From Octopus sinensis (taxonomy: Eukaryota), in contig NC_043001.1 in the NCBI RefSeq assembly GCF_006345805.1, positions 120,280,001 to 120,344,000 on the forward strand: 64,000 bases of DNA, read 5' to 3'. The position numbers were made by a program, and so were the translations under genes. Positions 12,807 through 24,763 of the stretch are shown one piece after another. The notes under the pieces are model-generated. The model saw only the letters and a list, made by a program, of their open reading frames with translations, was not told the DNA's origin and did not search any database. Positions within the stretch are counted from its first letter, which is position 1. The number at the start of each line of letters is the position of its first letter.

Positions 12807-12962
12807 CATACACAGACACACGTAGTACTTATTACTTTATATTATCATAGCTCCAAATGAAAGAAGTAGCGGCACCCACGGAAATTCCACAATGTAAGTC
12901 AGCATACTTTGCTACCTACTATCCCGTTACCGTTGTATGTATCTGTCTACTCCCATAATACC

Positions 12963-13195
12963 TATTTCTTTACTACCCACAAGGGGCTAAACACAGAGGG
13001 GACAAACAAGGACAGACAAACGGATTAAGTCGATTATATCGACCCCAGTGCGTAGCTGGTACTTAATTTATCGACCCCGAAAGGATGAAAGGCAAAGACG
13101 ACCTCGGCGGAATTTGAACTCAGAACGTAGCGGCAGATGAAATACGGCTATGCATTTCGCCCGGCGTGCTAACGATTCTGCCAGCTCGCCGCCTT
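12963..13195 (-). mobile_element. Full-length SINE family A monomer with target-site duplication
   Basis: Complete head-to-tail copy flanked by ctactcccataa(t/a)acc at 12947-12962 and 13196-13211. Confidence 0.96.
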
Positions 13196-13647
13196 CTACT
13201 CCCATAAAACCGATAAGCATTTAATCCTAATAACAAGAAAATTAATAATGGTGGTGTCCCAGCATGGCTACAGCCTTTGTTCAGAAACGTGTAAAAGATA
13301 AAAGTGTAACATCCACAGTTATTTGCTAACTAAAGATATTTCATTTTAATTTAACTATCTATTTGTCTTTCAGTGCATGAATTTATAGATATTAATGACA
13401 TTGGTTCATTATGTAAAGCATTTTAAATGTGCCTGCGATTTGAACACATAAATGCAGAATGACATATGTTAACATACTTCTGCTGTTTCTCTTTCAATTT
13501 TTTCACCGATTCCACAATTTCCATTCCTCACTTTGTCTCCTCTTTTCCGGTTGACTATATATATTATTCTCCATACGAGTAATTACCTCCCTTGTCATAA
13601 CACACGAACAAAACAACCAGACCGTTGGATCAACAAGAATAATATTA

Positions 13648-13868
13648 GTTTCAAATTTTTGCACAAAGCCAGCAAGTTCGGCGAGTGGGGTTAAGTCGAT
13701 TACATTGACTCACAGTACTCAACTGGTACTTATTTTATCGACCTGAAAAGATGAAAGGCAAAGACGACTTCGGCTGAATTGGAACTCAGAACATAAAAAC
13801 CAACGAAATGCCGGTAGGCATTCCTCACCACCCCGGCTGCTTAACGACTCTACCAGCTCACCACCTTA
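13648..13868 (-). mobile_element. SINE family A, older tail variant, with TSD
   Basis: Tail ...ttgtgc..aaaatttgaaac; flanked by caacaag(a/g)ataatatta at 13631-13647 and 13870-13886. Confidence 0.88.
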
Positions 13869-14345
13869 ACAACAAGGATAATATTATAAGAATTTAATGA
13901 CCACAGTTATGATAACTGCATTGCTGTTTGGGTAAGTTTTGACATGTGAGATGGTTTAGTGTCCTATTACACTGGAGTTTCCCCGAAGGTTTGTCAGTTC
14001 TTTAGGCAGGAATAAATTCTGTAAGGGATATAGAATTTCCATTGATGACAAGACTGGAACACATGAGAGGCTAAATTTTCATATCGACTTTTGACTGGCA
14101 TCAGTAAAGAAACAGTCAGTCAAAAGTCGACTTTTATATTTCGCCAATTGTAGTTTTAGTCTCCCTTTCATGACATAATTGCATACAGTGTGTCTTTATT
14201 CTTTATACAATCAATTCCTTTCTAATGAACAAGCGATATGTCGGCAAAACTCCCACTCGATCAGATTACATAAACCAGTATACTATTGAGCATTGAGTAC
14301 TCCTTTCCCGTTTGTTATAGGTGCATAGAAAATAAAGAAAGAGAG

Positions 14346-14383
<38 letters not shown>

Positions 14384-15589
14384 GGAGTTAAGAGAGGATT
14401 AGCGATTAACTAGACGAAAAGAAATACTAGTGTCTCTTTATAATCCTCTTGCAAGATATTTATAACACATGATATGAAATTGTTAATCAAATTAACAGCT
14501 GGTAGTGTCACATGATTTCAAATTATCCTGACAGTAATAAAATATCACTGTTTGTGCGGTAGTTGATGTATTCTCTATCTTTCTTTAATTTCTGTTACTG
14601 CCATTTGTATTATATCCCTGAATGTTGGCCAGTACTGCAAAGTAATAGGTGAGCTACAAGAAAAAGTTTAATTTATCTGACTGCAGCAATCCTAGTTTAA
14701 AGAATATTTCCATTTATAAAGAAAAAAGGTGTTATTGCTGTTATATTAAATTCAGAATTGAACCTTCCAGTCTTGAGCATCCAGTCTGTTTCTCAAGTAT
14801 TTCCTACGCAGGACTCCATTACCCTCACCTCTTTTCAAGGCAATATAGTTTCAGTTGAGGGAAATTTGACTCCCATTTGTAGAGGTTCGAGTGACCCGTA
14901 GAGTCTCCCTCATTGTCTTCAGAGTCCTTGTTATTGTAAAATCCCAGGCGAGTCATGATTAATTTCATCTATAAACAATGGAATTCCAGTCGTGACCATC
15001 CCTTCATCTGACCAGATATAGTGTGTCTAAAACCATAGGTAACTGAATGTTATTTGATGGAAACTTTCACTGTCAAATCGAGAGATCTTGTCGAGGAGAC
15101 CACGTTAGCTCCGAAGGTGAACGAGATGGTAGAATGTCTAACTAAATACTCCACAGTATTCACTTTCATTCAACCACTTTTTAAGTTCAAGTCCTGCCAA
15201 GTTCTACTTTACTTTCATCGTTATAGAATCAACAAATTAGTGTCAATTCTCTACTCATACTCATTCAGTCAACTGCAGGGTGAGGCAGAATGGTTGCTGC
15301 GATTTCAATGGTTAATAATTTGAAATCGGGACAACCATTCGAAAGAAATCATTTATATCTAGGTCTCAACTAAACGGTTAACAAAATTTAATTTCTTCTG
15401 TTATGGCTACCTTGAAATTCAAATTGGTTTGAAGTTCTATTTAGTTCATCTGGAGTCGATTCACTAAATATATATTTTTTGCTTTTTGGGTCTAGTGGAG
15501 GTTTGTTGTTTGTGATAATTATTTTCGTACAAGCAAGAGGTCCTCACTGGACTCTAGGCTCTAGTCTGCCTGCAATAGAGTATATAGTT

Positions 15590-16980
15590 TTTCTCACTTA
15601 ATTGTGAGAATTATTGTTTGGGGGCGTATCCTGCCTCCAAACGAAGTTCGTGAATAGTGTTATTCTTAATTAATTTTGAGAATTTTTCGCTTGAAAAGTT
15701 GGTTCATGTTGGTGAATAATTTTGTGGAATTATTTTGTGGAATAATTTTGTGGAATAATACAACAACTGTGAGCAGCTGTGTTCTAGTTACAAATTGAAG
15801 GCTGATGAGTACCGTGTGGCCAAAGGATATTTTGCTGTGTGTTTTGAACTGTCACCCTCTCTTCTTCTATCTTTCATTTTGAAACTCTTTATTGGACTGT
15901 TTATTTTTTCTTCTTCCTTTTGGTTGGGACTTTCTTTCTTTTTGATTTTACTCTCTAATTGTCTGAATTTTGTGAACTGTTTTTGAACTGTTTAATTTAT
16001 CATGGCAAAGAACAAAGAAAAAATTATGGAGTGGGAGATAGTACCAGCCAAGCAATGGATGGAAGAGTTTGAAAAGAAGACGGTGGTGTTGAGGACTTAC
16101 TCCAAGTCCCTCTACACCATCGGCATCTTTGAGAAAAATTTGATAGAAAAAGAGTTGGTGGAATATATGTCAACTATTACGTACATCTCTAGGGAGGGGG
16201 TTCAAATACGCAACCTTGAGATTGCTATTTGACAACCCCGAAGAGGCTCGCAAATTCGCGAGCAAGACCGTGGAGGGCAGAAAAATTTTGTTTCTTCCCA
16301 CTTATTGTGAGAAAACGTTGACGAGGGCTTGGGTCTGCTGTTTGCCACCAGGCACTGAACCCGGGTGGATAGAGGATACTATCCACTGGGTGGCATCAGT
16401 AACAAACTCCTCAACGTAAATATCTTACCTGCGGTTGATTGTAAGGGATCAAAAGCTGTTTTGACTCTATGAACCCAATCAGCCGAAAATCTGGTATTCC
16501 CAGACTTTTTAAGTGGTCCAGGTATCCATTGATGCTTGAGGGACGCCCCCCACCAAGTGTTACCTGTGCCTGGAACCGGGCCATATCAAATAGAACTGCC
16601 CTCGGGACAAAAATCAGGTTCTGGAACAGTTAATAAAGATACCGCTCCCTGCTCCCATATTTGAAGGAGAGAACAAAGGTGTCGAGGAGGTGGAAACCTC
16701 GAAAACGGCTCGACTTGGCACCGTCCAAGTGTTTGACTAGGGCGAGGAGCCTGGTCGGACAGGAAAGCATGTAACTGATAATAAAAGTAAGAGGCTTGGT
16801 GCCTCATTTTTATTGTATTTTTATTGTATTTTTATTGTATTTTTATTGAATTGTGTAAGAGGTTTATTGCCTCATAAATTGTTTTTGTATTGTAAAAAGG
16901 TAAGAGGTTTATTGCCTCATAACTGCTTTTTTTTAACTGTGTAAGAGGTTTATTGCCTCGGTATGAAACTTAAAAAGAAC
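15590..16980 (+). mobile_element. ORF1-only LINE-like element (L1/Tx1-type ORF1 with CCHC zinc knuckle; HAL1-like or internally deleted)
   Basis: Long T-rich leader with a 14-nt tandem (aataattttgtgga). Broken ORF 16002-~16800 (MAKNKEKIMEWE...FDNPEEARKF...FLPTY...CYLCLEPGHIK*NCP). A repetitive T-rich 3' tail follows directly, with no ORF2. Confidence 0.65.
16002..16800 (+). pseudogene. Gag-like/ORF1 nucleic-acid-binding protein, frameshifted
   Basis: CX2CX4HX4C knuckle beginning at 16558 (tgt tac ctg tgc ... cat ... tgc). Track ORFs 16002-16232 and 16216-16419 join by a frameshift. Confidence 0.7.
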
Positions 16981-17086
16981 TATGTTTTCGAGTAAACAGC
17001 AATCGGCGGGCGCTGCTTGTTGCCCTCACTTTTCACCATTTCATTTGTCATTCATATCATTATGTGTGTTCAGCCCGTAGCTTCCT

Positions 17087-17470
17087 TTCTATGGTTAGTA
17101 GCTTGCTTACCAACGACATGGTTACAGGTTCACTCCCACTGCGTGGCACCTTGGGCAAGTGTCTTCTACTAAAGCCTCGGGCCGACCAAAGCCTTGCGAG
17201 TGGATTTGGTAGATGGAAACTGAAAGAAGCCTATCGTATATATGTATATATATGTATGTGTGTGTAAATGCTTGAGTGTCTGTGTTTGTCCTCCCAACAT
17301 CGCTTGACAACCGATGGGGGTGTGTTTACGTTCCCGTGACTTAGCAGTTCGGCAAAAGAGACCGATAGAATAAGTACTAGGCTTCCAAAGAATAAGTCCT
17401 GGGGTTGAGTTGCTCGACTAAAGGCGGTGCTCCAGCATGGCCGCAGTCAAATGACTGAAACAAGTAAAGA
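17087..17470 (+). mobile_element. tRNA-headed CORE-like SINE family B
   Basis: B-box-like ggttcactccc, CORE-like ggcaccttgggcaagtgtcttc, internal TA/TG microsatellite, tail ccagcatggccgcagtcaaatgactgaaacaagtaaaaga. Confidence 0.92.
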
Positions 17471-18539
17471 GAGAAAGTAGCATTAATCGCAGCGGTATTT
17501 GAACTCGTTGTTCTGTTAGCCAAGGTAGATGGCATCAAGAATTCTATGAGCCACGCAAACAACATGGTTGATTCTTCGCCATACTTGAAAACTACTTTTA
17601 TAGAGATGTGCTGTCGTTGATTGAACACAAATCAACAATGAACGTGAAAGACGATGACCAAGGTCATTCCGTCCTTGAGCATTCCATTCCTCTGTTTAGT
17701 TCAGACCGTATTGCACAGCGCTTCATTTCATTAAGATTTTGAAAGAGAGTCGGTAGTTACTTTGAAAATGATGAGTACCGACGAAGAATTATTATCATTG
17801 TTTTCTACAGAAAAGTTTATAATACACAGCTGTACACATGTGTCAAAGTGTAGTTACTTTGGAAAAAACTCTTAAAGAATGTTTATAATGAGTAGAACGT
17901 CCTTAAATGTGTAAAACTATAAATGCTAATCTTATAGAATCGTATGAAACACAGATGCATAAACGTATAAAACTGTTACTGCTAAGAATAGAACATGTTT
18001 AAAAATCTAATAATGTGCTGCTCATCTTATTCTAATATGTAAAACGCATGTGCATGAAAATGAAAACCTGTGAACGTTGATGCAAAACCCACACATTCAC
18101 ACATGCAATTACATGCAAGTGTAGAATCTCTATTTTTTCTGTACATTCAACTTATTGGTGACAGTATGCAGAATGAACATTATGACTGAAACTTGAAAAT
18201 GCACGTTTTCAAAATAATAAGATTATAGGAATTATAGTGCGAGTCATTGCAGCGGCAACGACAAGACAACAGTGTAGTTTCAATCTTAGAATGCAAGAAA
18301 TATCACGTATTTTTTCAGGAAAAGAAAATTGGAGTTTTGTATTTCCCCAATTAAGTCAATTAAGGAATTCATAAACCATAAATATGATTTTGAAAAGTAA
18401 TGGTATATAACGCGTTGAAGCGTGGATGAAATAGTGAAGATAATTTTGTCTATTAGACCTAATATGGAGCTTGAGTTAATAATAACGCTTGTCTGGATGA
18501 TAGGTTTAATATATACACCAGTTTAACACTATAATCTGG

Positions 18540-19230
18540 ATGGGTGATAGATTTATCACTTTTCTTTCTTAAGTCAACTAGCTGCCAACATTCAATACAC
18601 ATACCGCTCCAGCACAGATACCCTTACATTAGACCACAACCACAACCCAACCCATCCTACTGACACTGCCCGGAACACCACCACAATCTCTACCACCCTT
18701 ACTAATAGGACAATTAATAACAACAATAGTAATAATGACAATTATGGTAATGATAACGTTAATAATACTAATAATCTAGAATCTTCTACCTCCTTATCTA
18801 ACCTCTCCACTGACATTATTACCTCCTCTATTCCTGAACACATTCCCCAACATACACCTAATTATAATTGCCGTCCTGGAACCATCTGCCCGTTACAAAG
18901 CCATTACAGAAGATATAAGGTAATTTACAAATTCACTGTCCTTAATCTATTACCCAACTCTACAGCTATATACATGGGATCAACCAAAATTTTAAGCAAC
19001 GATATACCGCTCACCTCCATTCTTTTAGATCTATAAACATAGTAAATCTGCAACACTCGCCAACCACATACATCATCTCGAAAATACAAATACACCCTAT
19101 ACTGTATCATAAGCCATACTGGATTCAGGGCTTCTCTACCAAGGTCAAAGCTCAATCTGCAAGTTTTGCCTGAAGGAAGCACTTCACATATTAAAGCACT
19201 TCACATATTAAAGCACTTCACAAATTTACT
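18540..19230 (+). mobile_element. Penelope-like element 3' remnant (GIY-YIG endonuclease)
   Basis: YNCRPGTICPLQ...VIYKFTV...IYMGST...QRYTAHLHSFR...SATLANHIHHL...ICKFCLKEALHILK, with frameshifts: PLE-type GIY-YIG C-terminal domain. Confidence 0.82.
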
Positions 19231-19459
19231 CACAGGGTATTGCAGTCTTATATGTATACCATTCTGCCTAAATAATGGATCTACAAATGCAATATCCTTG
19301 CATATCTCACATCTATTTCCATTCCTCCACTTCACTCTCTAATGCGTATCTTATCTAAATTAACTATTTTTTGGGTGTCAAAGAATTTAACAGTCTTCAT
19401 TCCGTCTTCTTCATGGTCTTACCCAACTTTATATATATATATATTATATATATTATATA

Positions 19460-19531
<72 letters not shown>

Positions 19532-19547
19532 TATATACATATGTATA

Positions 19548-19757
19548 GTTACTCCAAACATAAACAAACACAAAACACAACAACGCGAGGACGTGCAACA
19601 ACTATAGTGTTATAGACGCTCAGGAAAGGAAAGGAAAGAAAGAAATAGGATTTAACGTTTGGAGCGGAGCTCTTCGTCAGAAATATAGAACAAACGAAAA
19701 GTCCAAGGAAGAGAAGACGGAAAAAGAAAATCTCCAACGATAAACATGCGGTCACAT
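19548..19757 (-). mobile_element. Short microsatellite-flanked element carrying a hammerhead motif (probable solo PLE terminal repeat)
   Basis: About 200-bp unique island between (TA)n and (CA)n containing the hammerhead-like motif at 19650-19684. Confidence 0.55.
19650..19684 (-). ncRNA. Minimal type-I hammerhead ribozyme motif, probably inactivated (G12 to C)
   Basis: Minus: ATTT-CTGACGA-A-GAGC-tcc-GCTC-cAAA-C-GTT-AAAT. Stems I and II pair; helix III is the ACGT palindrome. Confidence 0.7.
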
Positions 19758-19787
19758 ATTGAATATACATACACACACTCACACACA

Positions 19788-19818
<31 letters not shown>

Positions 19819-20144
19819 CATACATACATACATACATACATACATACAGACGGACAGACATACATACATACATGTGTGTGTGCAAGCAAAAAAAAAACTC
19901 ATGAAGAGCACGGGTAACTGGCTACTCGGCGTTATTGTTCTGAGAGAAGGTTATATAAATATATACACTCGATACTGATACTTCACCCTATCGATGTTTG
20001 CTTCACAGAATTTATCAAATTTATAAGATGCACTAAGTGCTTTTGCTACCATTTGTAAATCTCTATATTTCTAACTAATTAGATCTTATTCACCTCCTAT
20101 TTACTAAAAGGCGCTGCATCTTATGTCAGAGCAAACATGGATAT

Positions 20145-20215
20145 GTATGTACGTACTACGTATGTATGTATGTATGTATTATGTATGTATGTATGTATGT
20201 ATGTATGTATGTATG

Positions 20216-20249
<34 letters not shown>

Positions 20250-20275
20250 TGTATATATGTATGTATGTATGTATG

Positions 20276-20309
<34 letters not shown>

Positions 20310-20319
20310 TGTATGTATG

Positions 20320-20353
<34 letters not shown>

Positions 20354-20363
20354 TGTATGTATG

Positions 20364-20425
<62 letters not shown>

Positions 20426-20427
20426 TG

Positions 20428-20490
<63 letters not shown>

Positions 20491-20958
20491 ATATGCATGT
20501 ATGTATGTATGTATGTATGTATGTATGTATGTATGTATGTATGTATGTATGTATGTATGTATGTATGTATATATGTATGTGTATGTATGTATATATGCAT
20601 GTATGTATGTATGTATGTATGTATGTATGTATGTATTTATGTATGTATGTATGTATTTATGTATGTATGTATGTATGTATGTATGTATGTATGTATGTAT
20701 GTATGTATATATGCATGTATGTATGTATGTATGTATGTATGTATGTATGTATGTATGTATGTATGTATGTATATATGCATGTATGTATGTATGTATGTAT
20801 GTATGTATGTATGTATGTATTTATGTATGTATGTATGTATTTATGTATGTATGTATGTATTTATGTATGTATGTATTTATGTATGTATGTATGTATGTAT
20901 GTATGTATGTATTTATGTATGTATGTATTTATGTATGTATGTATGTATGTATGTATGA

Positions 20959-20989
<31 letters not shown>

Positions 20990-21000
20990 GTATTATGTAC

Positions 21001-21031
<31 letters not shown>

Positions 21032-21245
21032 TGTATGCATGCATGTATGTATGTATGTATGTATGTATGTATGTATGTATGTATGTATGTATGTATGTAT
21101 GCATGCATGCATGTATGCATGTATGTATGTATGTATGTATGTATGTATGCATGTATGTATGTATGTATGTATGTATGCATGTATGTATGTATGTAAAGTA
21201 TTATGTACGTATGTATGTATGTAAAGTATTATGTACGTATGTATG

Positions 21246-21276
<31 letters not shown>

Positions 21277-21295
21277 CGTATTATGTACGTATGTA
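20145..21295. repeat. About 1.15-kb (TATG)n array with variant units
   Basis: Direct reading; source of the long MYVC/HTYI ORF artefacts. Confidence 0.98.
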
Positions 21296-21339
21296 TGTAT
21301 AAAGATACGAATAAATACAGAAAAAGAGATAAAGCGTAA

Positions 21340-21560
<221 letters not shown>

Positions 21561-21984
21561 TAGAGGGGAACGTGTATCTAAGAAGATAGAGTCAGTAACC
21601 AACCAATAATGCTGCAGAATCAATTAAAGAAATGAGTGGACAAGTATTGGAGTAAGTCAATAGCAACTGCACGCATTGAAGTTTATTTTAGTTGTCGGTT
21701 CAGTAAACATAGGAAAATCTGTTCATGGCGCAATAGAATACAAATGACTCTTTGACGAAGCATATTTTCCCTGTGTAATTAATTGGAAAATACCAGCGGA
21801 AATTTGTTGAAATAAGTACACACAGACATTCATATACATACATGAATGTCAGGTTGTTCATATTTGAGCAGATACGCACAATCAAACGTGGACACTCACA
21901 CACGCTTGCGCACAATATATTTACGCGTATGCACGTATGTTTGTATGTATATTTATGTGTATGTCTGTGTATACGCAATATGTA

Positions 21985-21994
21985 TATATATATA

Positions 21995-22046
<52 letters not shown>

Positions 22047-22061
22047 GATATATATACATAC

Positions 22062-22139
<78 letters not shown>

Positions 22140-22159
22140 CGTATACATATATGAGTGAG

Positions 22160-22208
<49 letters not shown>

Positions 22209-22362
22209 ATATATATATGAATATATATATATAACATGGTGTGAGTATGTGTGTTTGTGGGTGGGTGAAGGATATGTTAATCTTAATTATATCTTCAATG
22301 CTTAAATTATATCCTCAAGTATCAATATAAGTATCAATGATGAGTGTGTGTATTATGTATGC

Positions 22363-22395
<33 letters not shown>

Positions 22396-22455
22396 TGTAT
22401 GTATGTATGTATGTATGTATGTATGCATGCATGTATGCATACATGTATGTATGTA
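21985..22455. repeat. (TA)n and (TATG)n microsatellite cluster
   Basis: Direct reading. Confidence 0.95.
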
Positions 22456-22675
22456 TATAGCTTGTATTACTTCGTTTTAGCTGTACTTGTACTCTGTTAT
22501 CATATACCATTATATTACTGCTCTAAACCTGATTAGTTTTCAATTTTATGGAGAACTTTTTAACACCTTGTACAAAAAGCATTTTCTTTATCATTGCGTT
22601 GCACTTATTTCAATTATACATACACACAGAAATACATAAAAGCGCTCTCACTAAATAAAAACAGACACACACACA

Positions 22676-22706
<31 letters not shown>

Positions 22707-23312
22707 ACACACAAACACACACACACACACACACACACACATATGCAAAGTGTCGTAAGTCCAAAACGTTGCTTTTTCAGAAAATGAAAATGCAGTTTCC
22801 CCATTCCATAGCAAAACCGTTGTAATCCACTTTGACAATTTTTGATATCTTGGCATCTGAAGTAGCTGGAGATGCGATAGTTTGAACAAAGAAACGGCTA
22901 TCGCAAGCAAAAATAAATATTGAAAAAAATGTATTTGGCCAAAATTTTAACATAATACCAATGATATATATGTATGCGCTTCTCTTTTCTGTATTTGGCT
23001 TACAAGATTCTTGATATAGACAGCTGTGTTGTAACAAATCTTGTTGTGTCTTGGGAGAGTCATTACGTTAATAACAATAATATGGTAGCAGATCTTGGGA
23101 AGAGAAGAGAAGTCACTAAGTCACTGAAAACGTCACGTACAGCGAGGAAAGTACTTTGACTATCAAACAAACGATTCATCATTTAACCAACACATCAAAC
23201 AAACAACCGATTCGTGAGTTAGACATTTAACCAATTGACTAACAATAAAGAAATGATATTGAACAAGTGCATTTGTTACTATTATTCTCGTAGTAACTTC
23301 CGAAGGACGCAA

Positions 23313-23314
<2 letters not shown>

Positions 23315-23407
<93 letters not shown>

Positions 23408-23415
23408 CCTATCTA
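23315..23415. repeat. (TATC)n microsatellite
   Basis: Direct reading. Confidence 0.97.
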
Positions 23416-23418
23416 TAT

Positions 23419-23568
23419 ACGACAGGCTTCTTTCAGTTTCCGTCTACCAAATCCACTCACAAGGCTTTGGTTGTCCCGAGGCTATAGTAGAAGACACTTG
23501 GCCAAGATGCCACGCAGTGGCATGTGGTTGGATAGCAAGCTACTTACCACACAGCCACTCCTGCGCCT
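23419..23568 (-). mobile_element. SINE family B, 5' half with internal deletion
   Basis: cttctttcagtttccgtctaccaaatccactcacaaggctttgg...ccacacagccactcctgcgcct. Confidence 0.9.
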
Positions 23569-23603
23569 ATATATATATAAATATATATATATATATTATA
23601 TAT

Positions 23604-23703
23604 NNNNNNNNNNNNNNNNNNNNNNNNNNNNNNNNNNNNNNNNNNNNNNNNNNNNNNNNNNNNNNNNNNNNNNNNNNNNNNNNNNNNNNNNNNNNNNNNN
23701 NNN
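23604..23703. other. Assembly gap (100 N) within (TA)n
   Basis: Run of N. Confidence 1.
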
Positions 23704-23820
23704 CTATGTACTCGTACTTCGTGATTTTTGTTGTATATATATATAATATATATATATATACGTAGCGATTGTAAGTATGTATACATGCATATATTACATA
23801 TATATATATATATATATATT

Positions 23821-24059
23821 TTATATTATATTGAGGGTACTACTATTCGTCGATACCAACACGCTAAGAGGGACCAATGCGGTCAAAACTACTAAAAATA
23901 AACAAAATTTTACCGAATGCAAAACTTCAATTTTTTAAAATGATGTGTTTTGAAGTTTTGCATTCGGTAACATTTTGTTTATTTTTAGTAGTTTTGACCG
24001 CATTGGTCCCTCTTAGCGTGTTGGTATCTACGAATAGTAGTACCCTCAATATAATATAA
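23821..24059. repeat. Near-perfect 240-bp palindrome (foldback/MITE-like)
   Basis: Arms 23821-23930 and 23950-24059 are reverse complements with two mismatches seen; spacer about 19 nt. Confidence 0.95.
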
Positions 24060-24156
24060 TGAATATTTTGAAAGAGGATGAATTTACGGATTTTTTCTTA
24101 CGAGGTTTTTCACGCTGACTACTGATAATTTCTTTTAAAGATTTTATCCTCAATTG

Positions 24157-24202
<46 letters not shown>

Positions 24203-24415
24203 GATTATCATTGGGTCATATACTCTTCGCCGAACCCATATGACGGTATAATCGTTGTGAAACCAGGACATTCATCAAAAACTTTTTCCAGCCACCGCTT
24301 TTCCGAACGTACTGAAATATAGAAATACAAGGTAAAGCTGCAGTTCTGTTTTGTTTACAATTTATAGTTTTTTTGTACCTTCTCGCGTTGTTCCCGGTTT
24401 TACACAACTACATTG

Positions 24416-24450
<35 letters not shown>

Positions 24451-24696
24451 ACACACATATATATATAAACACACACATACATATATAAAGGAATCCCATA
24501 AAATATGGATTCAGAGAAACATGGAGCTTTCAAAGTAAGCACTCCATTCTTCTATCACTTTACGTAATAATTAATTACTACTATTTCATCCTTTACCTTT
24601 CTCTCTGACTGAAAATCCTAGTTCTTGCTTATTTTATCATTGTATCTCTTTGCTCACATATAATTTGTATATGGCTGTATAAGGGTACACCATATA

Positions 24697-24763
<67 letters not shown>

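Noticed and set aside
13374-13412. 39-nt exon candidate (HEFIDINDIGSL)
   Set aside because: The acceptor is good but the donor is weak, the phase is incompatible with the 3189 candidate, and no homology is recognised.
15801-15830. ctgatgagtaccgtgtggccaaagg as a hammerhead
   Set aside because: Stem II pairs poorly, GAAA is absent, and there is no NUH or stem I partner.
16785-16960. CRISPR-like hairpin repeats with spacers
   Set aside because: Repeats are only about 19 nt, spacers are low-complexity and irregular, there are no cas genes, and they lie in a retroelement 3' tail.
20121-21276. Long ORFs (up to 357 aa) of MYVC/HTYI repeats
   Set aside because: Translations of the (TATG)n array; tetranucleotide repeats lacking stops give spurious ORFs.
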